DNA of 64,000 bases, from the NCBI GenBank assembly GCA_026023565.1, contig JAPETS010000003.1, forward strand, positions 1,240,001-1,304,000, in the 5' to 3' direction. The notes under the pieces are model-generated. The model was not told the DNA's origin and made no database searches. It was given only the letters and a program-made list of their open reading frames with translations. A program made the translations under genes and the position numbers. Origin of the DNA: Cirrosporium novae-zelandiae (Eukaryota). Shown here piece after piece: positions 1 to 10,336 of this stretch (position 1 is the stretch's first letter; every line of letters begins with the position of its first letter).

Positions 1-1
1 G

Positions 2-385
2 ATACCGACTCGTGCTCCAGTTTATCGACAGCTTTCTCCAGAAGCTACTTCTCGCCGACATGCAGAAGAATCTATTACATACACACGTGGCCCTCCACCA
101 CCCGAATATGGATATGTCGATGACGCCAGATATTATGACACTTATGGCAGACAGATCGAATATGTGCGATATGCTCCTCACGATCCGCAGCCTCCAGGAA
201 CCTATGTCATTGAACGTCGGTTACCTCAGGATGCCCCCGCAGAGTACGTTACTTATGAAGATGGGTTCAGCAGAGAACGCATTTACGAGCACAACGGCCA
301 ATACTACAAAGCTGAACCAAGATATTATGACGAAAGAGATCCACGATATGCCCCACCATCGGGCAGGCAGGTCAGGTACCAATAG
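2..385 (+). CDS. 3' end of a gene cut by the window edge; Tyr/Pro/Arg-rich low-complexity C-terminus
   Basis: Frame +2 is open from base 2 (IPTRAPVYRQLSPE...YVRYAPHDPQPPG...QVRYQ*) to TAG at 383-385 and is followed by a T-rich 3'UTR-like stretch. Confidence 0.7.
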   Translation: MPTRAPVYRQLSPEATSRRHAEESITYTRGPPPPEYGYVDDARYYDTYGRQIEYVRYAPHDPQPPGTYVIERRLPQDAPAEYVTYEDGFSRERIYEHNGQYYKAEPRYYDERDPRYAPPSGRQVRYQ

Positions 386-1532
386 GCGGAGGTTTTCACG
401 ACTTCTTTCTTTCTGTGACAGCGAAAAGCTGCACCGTTTTGGCTATTGTGTATGAACTTCAGGGCTTTGTATCAAAGTCAAAGGAATCAAGTGTTTCATG
501 TTGTGGCTTGGTTTCGCCATTGCATTATTTCTGGCATATATGACTGACGCTCGGAGCTTTGCTTTGTGCAATACCTTTTTGTTTCATCGATCTCATTTTT
601 TGCCGAGGGCCACCTTAATTACTAGATGGCTTGTCTCTATTAAAAGTTTTATTTATTTCTTTACTTTTTTTTCAATTTTATTCCAAACGGAGGCTTAGGT
701 CTGCTCTGGCTCTGAAGGCTCAGAGTAAATACCCCCGGTTTGATAAAAAAAAAAGGGGGGGTGTTGGGGAACGTTGGCCTGCATCAGAATTTTTTGTACA
801 ACAACTCTCTTGTACACTAGGTTGAATTATATGCCAGAAAGGAGAAGGTCCGTGGGATCATAATCTCAATTTGAAGAAGCTCTATGCCGTACCTCATGAA
901 ACGTTAAAAGGAGTAGAAGGTTTTCATGGGTTAAAAGCAAGCGGCAATGTCTGTAGCGAAAAATGGAGTCGAATGGGGAGGAGTCTTTGTGAAAGTATCT
1001 AGGTAATGCTGCTTTGGAATAGTCTAGATAATGAATGATTTCAGTTTCGTACAAAACAGGCAAAGTGAAAAAAATACGTAGGGTCGAGATAAGGTCAAGC
1101 GAGTTTTGACCTGTCGAGAATTTTTGGAATTTTTTGCTTCGGTAGCTGTTGTCTGTTGTGCAAACTGAGGGTGGCTCGTAAATGGCCATATATTGCTTTT
1201 TGCAACATGTCTGTACAACGAGTTCACCAATATCTATTTAGGTAATGAATGAAACAGTTCAGGTGATAGGGCAATAACTATAAGAAAATAATTTCTTTAA
1301 TAGGCTTGAAAACCCAACCTCGTAATTAGCACTCAACTCTCTTCATCATTACTCACAGCCCAAAGCCCAACAATATTTGCTTAATTGACTCACACAGGTT
1401 TTTAATATTCCCACTCCTTGATTCTATTGTGTCTCATGTGTCTTTCTTAACCCATATTGCTTCGATCAGAGATAGCAAGGCGCCACACACAAAAGCCCAA
1501 AATCCTGATCACACTTAAACAATCAAATCACA

Positions 1533-4500
1533 ATGGCTGGTTGGTGTATAATTTCCTCCAATGTTGGCTCCATTGGCAGATTGATGACCACTTAATCATG
1601 AGGATTTGCTAACGTTTCTCAATGCTTAAGGTGCCGTCACACTTGGCTTAGACTCTACAACACAATCTCCGGAGCTTGGGGCCTCGCGATTCCAGCACGA
1701 CCCGCTCTCAGAAGACGATGGCGACCTGCATGAAGACAGAGATGAGAGGTCGTCTTCTGAGTCACAAACTCAAAATGAAATACCCCCGAATCGACTTGAT
1801 GATACAGACAACCTCAGTGGCAACCAAGAAATAGCAAATGATAGCTCACCTGAAGGCCCTCTTGCTAGAGACAAACAGAGGAAGACTGCATATTATGACT
1901 ACGCATCTGAGAAATCTTTAAGTCATGCTGAGGCCAGACTATTCTACCAGAGGCACCAGATGGAATCGAGAGCTTCTGAATCTGGATCATACAGTCCTTC
2001 CCATGCCAGAGCTCTTACGTCAAATACAGGAATAGATTCAAGGCCCTTAAGCAGGGATACAAGTTTCACATTTCCTCAAACTTCTCGTAGCTATGCCATT
2101 GAATCGGGTGGTTTTCGTCAACCAAGTGATGGGACACAGAACAAATTTATAGGTGGCCACACAATAACACAGTCTTCAAGAGAGGAGACTGTTGGCATGG
2201 ACAGTGGTCCGGTTGAAGCCGATCAATGGGCTCGAGACCATAGCACGCAGCCAGCGATCCCGCATGAAAATAAAACCTTTCTGGCTAATGAAGGACTGCA
2301 TGGAGCAGGGGCTGGGGTTGGTGTTGGAGGAGGTACTGGAGGATTTGCTAGCAGTGATGATAGTATTACTGCTGAACTTTCAGCAATCTACCAGAATATC
2401 CAGAAAGTCCTCGACCTCCGTCATAAATATATCAGACTCTCCCTACAAGGCCCGACTGACAACCCAAAGGACGAACCGGGTTGGAGGATATATCCACCTC
2501 CCGGAGAACCTGTATGGGATGATGATAAAGAACGTGTTAAGGCGAGTGCTTCAGGCAGTGAAAGCATGAACGCTAGCCAAGTTATACAACCTAAACAAGA
2601 CCCGTACTTGAAGATTCCCGACGGGCCTTCGAACTCTACGGGAGTTGATAACTCCCACGAGCAGCCATCCCTTGTCGTCAGGAAGCGCAAACTAGGGCAA
2701 GATATTGGAGAGGATTTTGACCTAAATGACCTTATGCCACTACCTGGCCCTTCTGAGATGATATTTCGCTTGGATGATGCTGGTGTGCATCAAGTTTATG
2801 AAAACTCCAAAAGTGCAGAACTTGAGACACCAATCCTAAACGTTCCAACGATACGTGAGTTCTATATGGATTTGGATGATATTCTTAATGCATCATCTGA
2901 TGGGCCTGGTAAGAGCTTTGCATTTCGACGTCTTCAGTACCTGGAAGGAAAATTTAACCTATACGTCCTATTGAACGAGTATCAGGAAATGGCCGATAGC
3001 AAAAAAGTGCCACATCGGGACTTTTACAACGTTAGGAAAGTCGATACCCATATCCATCATTCAGCTTGCATGAATCAAAAGCATCTCCTTCGCTTCATCA
3101 AAAGTAAAATGAAAAAGTTCCCAGATGAGGTTGTTATGTACCGAGATGGGAAACACTTAACCCTTCGGGAGGTGTTTGAAAGTATCAATTTGACTGCATA
3201 TGATCTTAGTATCGACACCTTGGATATGCATGCTCACAAGGACTCTTTTCATCGATTTGACAAATTCAACCTTAAATATAATCCGGTTGGAGAGTCGAGA
3301 CTACGTACAATTTTTCTGAAGACAGACAACTTCATTCATGGTCGTTATCTAGCAGAAATCACCAAAGAGGTCATTGAAGACCTTGAATCTAGTAAATACC
3401 AGATGGCAGAATGGCGCATCTCGATTTACGGTAGATCGCTCGATGAATGGGACAACCTTGCTGCATGGGTTGTTGACAACAAATTGTATTCGCCTAATGT
3501 GCGGTGGTTAATCCAGATACCGCGACTGTATGATGTCTACAAATCTTCGGGTCTGATGGCGAATTTTGAGCAGGTTATTCGGAATATCTTCGAACCATTG
3601 TTTGAGGCTACACGAGATCCTTCAAGTCACCCGAAGCTTCACGTCTTCCTCCAACGTGTAATTGGCTTTGACAGTGTAGATGATGAAAGTAAAGTCGAAC
3701 GCAGGTTGTACAGAAAGTTTCCTCCTCCACAGAAGTGGGATACCAAACAGAACCCACCATACAGTTATTGGATCTACTACATGTTCGCTAATATTGCCTC
3801 ACTGAACGCATGGAGAAAGCAAAGAGGATTCAATACTTTCGTCCTTCGTCCGCATGCTGGCGAGGCTGGAGATACTGACCATCTTGCTGCCGCTGTGCTT
3901 TGCTGCCATTCCATCAGTCATGGGTTACTGCTCCGAAAAGTACCATTTTTGCAATATATTTTCTACCTCGAACAAATTGGTATTGCTATGTCGCCTCTTA
4001 GTAATAACGCACTGTTCCTAGCTTATGAGCGAAACCCCTTCCTGAACTATTTTAAACGCGGCTTGAACGTTTCTCTTTCTACAGATGACCCCCTTCAGTT
4101 TGCTTTTACGAAGGAACCTCTGATTGAAGAATATTCCGTTGCCGCTCAGATATACAAGCTCAGCGCCGTAGATATGTGTGAATTAGCCAAGAACTCAGTA
4201 GAGCAAAGTGGGTTTGAACATGCATTGAAGCAAAGATGGCTGGGCACAAACTATCACCTACCGGATGTCAAAGGTAACAATATGGCCAAAACGAATGTTC
4301 CTAACATCAGAGAGGCCTTCCGGCACGAGACACTTCTCACTGAATTTGCCATGTAGGTATTTTTTTACATACTTCCTTTATTATTTAGGCTTCAGTCCAG
4401 GTACTAAATATCCACTCAGGATCGAGCGATACACGTCCCCCAAAACCCCTGCGAACCAACTCTCTACCCAAAATCTCCCACCCCCCCCAGCGCGCAATTT

Positions 4501-5092
4501 CCAGTCTCAAGCTCCTCCCTCCCCAACAGCTTCCATGCGCACCAACCCCTCAACTACCATCGCAAACATCGATGCTTCTTTCAACCAACAACAAGCATAC
4601 GGCGCATCCCTCCCACCAGCCCAAGCCGCACGGCTTCCCCCATCTTTTTCCCATAGCAACATGAGCGTTTTATCCATGCAGAACGCCCCAACTCATCACA
4701 ACCCTAACCCCCCACAACGATCCAACTCCACGATCCTTTCACCTGTCATCAACCCCATGGTAACGCCCGTGGGGTCCTGGAATGACAGCTCGTTCGCACA
4801 GATACATCTGGATGGCGAACCACGAATCTTCCCCGGCGTGGTACATGAGCGGGCGAGAAGGAACAGCACCATTCAGAGTCAAAGTGGTGGTAGTCCGATC
4901 AAGGAGCGGGGGAGGGATTGTGAGGGTAGTGAGGTGTTTGGGAGTCCACTTGTCATTGCGAGGACAAAGGAGGGGGGAAAGAGGGATAGCTTTTTGCTGG
5001 ATGGAAACTTGGTTCAAGAAAACGGAGATGAAGAGGACAAAATGGGGAAGAGGGGAAAAGATGCTGAAAGGCAGAGCTATAGTGATAATTGA
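1533..5092 (+). CDS. AMD1: AMP deaminase; exons 1533-1539, 1631-4352, 4420-5092
   Basis: Motifs KVDTHIHHS, LRPHAGEAG and SLSTDDPLQF. Intron 1540-1630 (gttggt...gctaac...ttaag) and intron 4353-4419 (gtaggt...ctcag) both join in frame. Confidence 0.95.
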
Positions 5093-5733
5093 GCGAAACA
5101 ATAGTAGAATTTTATTGATGATGACGAAAAGCGCGAGCATGACCACTAGCTACAGTTTAAGATTCCGAAAAGCGGTGACGATGAGATAGATACCCAAAGA
5201 TGAATTAGATCTCATCTTTCGGCAATAAAAGTGATATATCTTCTTTTCTTGAATAATATCTTTTCAGCAAGCAAATATTAAACTAAGTAACTAGGGAAGT
5301 ACCCCAGTAGTAATATATCGAAATAAAGCACGAGAACATTGAAGTTCTTTTTTTGTCTTTAATTGTTTGTTGACTATGTATTAAAGTATGTGCACTACAT
5401 TATTTTTCAAAATACAATAGTAAAAAAAGGTACCGATGATATATTTTCTGTATTTGATATTCTACGTATACTAAATACAGTTCACTCTCTAATTCAATAA
5501 AATCATTTCAATTTACCATCTTTCAGGCCGTTATAGCACTACAGCTCCAATACTAATAACCTAAACCGAACGCACAATTTCTACTAGGTCCCCGTCATTA
5601 TCACCACTGTTAAAAGTTCGAATGTTACGCGAGAGTCCCTGCTAGAAGAATGAGAAAGAAAAGTCACAATTTTCCCAAATACCTGTCAACCACTGGACAA
5701 TCATTCGTCTGAGGTCCTTATTGCAAAGCACAC

Positions 5734-7269
5734 TTAAAAACCGAAACCAACTTCACCGATACGTGGTGCCCCACCCTTAAAGTCGTGACGTTCATAGTAG
5801 CGGAAAACCAAATCATACCCGTCAAGGTCATGGACAATACGGTCAATGCGACGGTATCCCTTAACATTGTCCATGCGGGCACTGCGTCGAGCAGCCTGTC
5901 GTTCGAGGACTTTGAGTTGATGGATGGTATCTAAGTCCGAGTCAAGAAGGTCCAGAGATGGCTTAGCCTCGAATAGGGTCACGGTAAAGCGGCCGGGCTT
6001 GAAGATGCTGACAACATGTTCAATCACTTCAGCAGTTTGTCGCCCGCATTGATGGCTCGGAACGCTAGTTTCGAAGGAAGCGTACGAACAGTTGGGTTCA
6101 GGGGTCACGTGTACAGTAAAATAATGGGTATCATCCTTTTTGCCTTGTGGAGCTGGCACTACACCGTTGGCAGAGAAACCGCAGGGTGTGAAAAGATAGG
6201 CATCCACACGAGCTTCGGGGTATTGGCTAACCGGATACACGTCTAAGAGGCCACAAGTCTCAGCGACGACCGTTCCTAAGGCATGCCCTTCTGTAGTAAG
6301 TTCTTCGGGGAATGATTCCTCTCCGTCGGATGCAAAGCCCCCGCTATCAGACGAATTGTTGGTGAAGACATCAAACATATCATCATCACAACTGAATGTG
6401 GGAGCTTTCGAGCCACGACGCTGAAAGAATCGACCTTCCGCGACCGCACTCGCGTGGTCAAGGTAGAACTGTCTAGCATTATCAACGTCGAGATCGGTCA
6501 TGAGAATTTCTAAAGTCTCGTCATCTTCTGGGTCTTTGTTGTCGCTCGAAGTTGCTTCTCTATTTGGCGGAACGAGAACTTTGGTTTCGGTCTCGGTCCC
6601 GCCTGGGCTTGAAGGAGGAGTCAGGACAGTATTTGGCTCCGTCAAATACAGGTACCAATGTTCACCATTCATCTTTCCAATCATATAAGCACTCCCCCCA
6701 AGGAAGAGTCTATCCAAGGACTTGACTTCATCTCTCCAGCTACGGTGGGGGCCACGTTGGCGGTCTGGGAAAAGGAAATTCTTCCTGCTGTAGAAGACAC
6801 GGTAAGGTGCAGCAGCAATCATGATACCCCCCGCAGAAGGTGCTGGAGACTGCGGGAAGCCAGCCTCAAGAGCGGCGATTTCCAAAATGCGAGGTAGGCC
6901 GCTCAGCAAAGTTGTAGTTCCGCATGTCTTCAAGATAAGCTTGTGGGGGAAGACAAACATGCTGGACTCAGACAAGAGATAGGCATCAACATCGTCAGAC
7001 TCAACGATGGAAAGAACCTTGCAATTAACCAAATCTAACATGTCCTTCCAGCTTTCGGCGGATACCGCCTTAAGGCCTGTCTTGGCAGCGGATGCAGGAA
7101 GCGCATCTGCCGATGGGCTGAACCAAACCTCTAGAAGCTTCTCAGGGCCCTCAAAGGCATTACTAGAGTCGAGATCGACTGTCGCTTCATGGTTGATCGT
7201 TAAGTGGGGAGTCCCTACAAACGATGACGGTGAGGCCGTATAATTCTGGGGAATATCAATGTTGACCAT
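5734..7269 (-). CDS. SPE2: S-adenosylmethionine decarboxylase proenzyme (AdoMetDC), 511 aa, intronless CDS
   Basis: FEGPEKLLEVWF, YLLSESS (E/S autocleavage and pyruvoyl site), LKTCGTT, TPCGFSANG, HVTPEPNCSYASFE. Confidence 0.97.
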   Translation of the reverse strand: MVNIDIPQNYTASPSSFVGTPHLTINHEATVDLDSSNAFEGPEKLLEVWFSPSADALPASAAKTGLKAVSAESWKDMLDLVNCKVLSIVESDDVDAYLLSESSMFVFPHKLILKTCGTTTLLSGLPRILEIAALEAGFPQSPAPSAGGIMIAAAPYRVFYSRKNFLFPDRQRGPHRSWRDEVKSLDRLFLGGSAYMIGKMNGEHWYLYLTEPNTVLTPPSSPGGTETETKVLVPPNREATSSDNKDPEDDETLEILMTDLDVDNARQFYLDHASAVAEGRFFQRRGSKAPTFSCDDDMFDVFTNNSSDSGGFASDGEESFPEELTTEGHALGTVVAETCGLLDVYPVSQYPEARVDAYLFTPCGFSANGVVPAPQGKKDDTHYFTVHVTPEPNCSYASFETSVPSHQCGRQTAEVIEHVVSIFKPGRFTVTLFEAKPSLDLLDSDLDTIHQLKVLERQAARRSARMDNVKGYRRIDRIVHDLDGYDLVFRYYERHDFKGGAPRIGEVGFGF

Positions 7270-7497
7270 CTCCGTATCTTAAATCAATGTTTTCACTAGA
7301 GGTAAAGGTCTTGAGAATGCTCCACAGCAGAATCAATAAGTTATTGACTTTAGCCGGTAGAGTGAAGCACTATCTGCCACCCAGACGAACAATGCGGTGT
7401 CCGCCCGAGAAGAGAAGGCCCACAGTATGTGGGAGCTTGAGTATGCTGGCTGTTGCCAGCAGCAGAGTAGTAGACTTTATGACGGCCTTGAAGGGCG

Positions 7498-7680
7498 TTA
7501 AGGAGGGCGGCCGTTGGGGGGGACGTAGAAGGCCCTGCGCGCCGGAATTTTGGCGATAGGTTGTTGACCTCGCTCTGACAGATACCGATACCCTTGGGAA
7601 GATACCGGGTCTAGCAGACGAGGATATCTGCTTTGCAGATGATGTAAATATTTATTGTAAGGTGAAAAACGTAGCTCGTG
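7498..7680 (-). promoter_or_regulatory. AUG-less upstream reading frame (uORF2) in the SPE2 leader, ending ...IPARRAFYVPPNGRPP*
   Basis: 60 sense codons with no Met between TAA at 7683-7681 and TAA at 7500-7498. In-frame near-cognate codons: CTG (7638, 7617, 7581) and ATT (7548, context GCCAAA-ATT). Confidence 0.6.
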
Positions 7681-7879
7681 TTATCTGGGCCTAAGATGAA
7701 AGAACGGTGTTAGATTCTAATTCTAGTAAAATCTATGCGACATGGGAAAGAAATATTGAGTCTGAAGACAAGGCATTTTCCATTAGGCAATGTTCGAGAG
7801 CATTCCATAAACACAAGCACAGGGGATTGACTTACTTTGTAGGCTTGGAGAGGAAACGCAGCAAATCTTTGTTGCTCAT
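7681..7879 (-). promoter_or_regulatory. Intron-split AUG uORF (uORF1, MSNKDLLRFLSKPTKPR*) in the SPE2 leader; intron 7835-7691
   Basis: ATG at 7879-7877, donor GTAAGT at 7835, branch CTAAC at about 7713-7709, acceptor CTTAG ending at 7691, stop TAA at 7683-7681. It is the only AUG I found in the predicted spliced leader. Confidence 0.7.
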
Positions 7880-8879
7880 GGAGGAAATGAGCAAGATTGC
7901 AATAGTTGAATCTGTGGCCAGCTAGTGACCAGGTAGTTGCGGTAAAGGCAACTGAGACTTCAGGTTCGCCAGCTTTTAGAGGTGTTGGAAGAGATGAGCT
8001 TAGATATTGCGAAGGTATGATGAAGTGAAAATGAGAAGTGAATGAGAAGTTTTGACAGAGGATAGTGGTGGTTAGGTTTTAAAAAATATCAAGACGGGTC
8101 GTCTAGAGAGATAGGACTGTGATTGATGTCCACCAAGAAATTAGAATTTATTATTGGGCCCCAATCAACCAGGCATGAATGACGCAGTTACTTACAAAAT
8201 TGGCCTTTAACTAAGCCGAAACTTCCCTTTTTCTTCACTTCAAGGGTTTTGTCGCAAGATGGTTTAGATGTCTTGCACTATCAAGTAAAGAGGTTTTTCT
8301 GATCAGATGAGAGACAAAAGGTGAAATTTATTCGAAATAATCACCGAGTCAAAAAGTTTGGTGGGTTGTTTGGTCTTGTGTGCGTTCCTTTTTTTCTTTT
8401 TTTTTTGCGCGGGCGAGACATCAAGACCAACTTGGCAACTGCCCTTGCCCCCCCCCGGCGCTAACTACCCCAGAACGCCAACACAAACAACCCACACCAC
8501 ACAAATGGCTGTCATCGAGATCTTCAAGTACATTAATGTAGGCAGTTCTTTATTAGCCCCAGATGAACCACCAAAAATTAAGATCTCAAATATTTTTCAT
8601 GCCTAACTAATTAATAATTCCTTCATTTTTAACTCATCTACCATACATTTTCATCCCTCACCAATTTCAGGTCGCCAGACAAGATGCTTAATGAAGTTAT
8701 TATCTATACTTCGTATCATTAGTTTATCTTATATACAACCTATTCTCGCCATTTGCTCTGATGAAATCATCATTGACAGATGGCTAGTATGTGCTATCCC
8801 CTAAAGTAAGATCACGGTAGCCACAAAACTCCTCCCAAACCATTCGCCGTTGCTAGCCAAAAAGCCTTTTGTGTGCTTA

Positions 8880-10336
8880 CTATAGTCCTTTTATTTTGTC
8901 TTGACTTGCTAGGATGGCATGAGCTAGTCTGACCCGTTTTGACGATATAATCTTCAAAGTTACAAACCCTCCGATTTTGTCTGCAAGCTTCTTCTTGAGC
9001 TCTTCGTCGAACTCTCCACTGTAGCCATTCGACATGGGCGTGTAGTCCTTCTCCACCGACTTCAGAACCTGAAAAATAGCTTCCAGCACCATCTCTGCAT
9101 CCTTCTTTCGAGGACTATCGTCAGCTATGTTATCTTGCAAGACCTGCTCATACGATTTGAGATTTGGTATGATCAGGGCTCTTGTAACATCGGCTCCTCC
9201 AATAGCATCAAGTCCGAGGATCGCACCATAATGCGTTCCCGAAGACTTGTTTGGATCCAGAAATTGTTTGAGGCACGTTCGTGCAAGACGTGGTTTTAGG
9301 TTGTGAGATGATTCGGCATATTTCTTGCACAATAGGCCAAGTAACGACGCAGAGAAGCTACGAAGATCATAATGCCTCAGAGAGGTATTATTGTCCCCAA
9401 GTCGTCGGCCGATCAGACAAGTTAGTATTGGCGGCACGAGTGCAGCAACCTATCGGATTTATCAGCAAGAATGACAACTATGAGGATCCACATACTTACA
9501 TAGGGATTTAGATATAAACTCTCGTTCTCCAGAAGTGCCTCGGCGATATGCATCATTTGGGTCAAAACGAAAAGGTTTTTGGCATTGTGGGTGACCTTTT
9601 CAGCAACGAATTGCACAAAGTATGGCACCAATTGGTGCAAGCCCGGGTCATTGCGTAGGCTTGCGAGAGAAGAAACCCGATCCTCTTCATTTGCCTCGTT
9701 CAAGATAGCACCACAGATTTGATCAAAGTACAGTTGGAGCTCTTTGGATAATATATGTTTGACCAGAGGCTTCACACTGGCGTTATCAGTCCCTGACATA
9801 GCAGCCAGGTTTGAATTTGCCCCAGGTCCCTTAGCCAGAAGATCCTGGTTTCTCGAATCAGCAGGAGTGGGATTCTGAGGTATGGTTGGCTGGACGCCTT
9901 CAATAGCAAGCCAGTGCGCTAAACTTTGTTAGCTGTGTTACAAGGAAAGAACCGCGACTCGCATACCCGTAAATGAGATTTCTCTAGGAACTTTGGGTAA
10001 AGGAGCATTGATAATTTTCTCAAAATCCACCTCCTCATCTTCGACGTAGAACAGGGGTTGTCCAGGCCCAATTGAAGCTTCGCCAAAGCGTAAGGGGCGA
10101 GTAGACTCATATCCATATAAAGGTTCAATTTCCAGAACCCGAAGTGCGTTGGAAATATCCTGTGTTGAGAGTACTGTCCGGCGGCCATGCCGCATGAACT
10201 GCAGTGCATTTTCGAGAATCTGTGCCAGTCGATAGTCAACATCACGGGCTAGATTTTCGGCCACGTCAGGATTGAGAGAAGCGATGCCAACAGATTCGGC
10301 AACATCTTTGGCATTCTCGGGGTTCCACAGAGACAT
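8880..10336 (-). CDS. TAF6: TFIID/SAGA subunit TAF6; exons 10336-9967, 9918-9500, 9449-8880
   Basis: N-terminal histone fold (DVAESVGI...EPLYGYES), [11 protein letters not shown] across splice 1, [35 protein letters not shown]. Canonical introns at 9966-9919 and 9499-9450. Confidence 0.96.

Noticed and set aside
866..1189. 107-aa minus-strand ORF upstream of AMP deaminase
   Set aside because: No recognisable motif, Phe/Leu/Ser composition typical of AT-rich non-coding DNA, and it lies in a likely promoter region.
7287..7559. 90-aa plus-strand ORF over the SPE2 leader
   Set aside because: Antisense shadow of the GC-rich leader and uORF2; no independent support.
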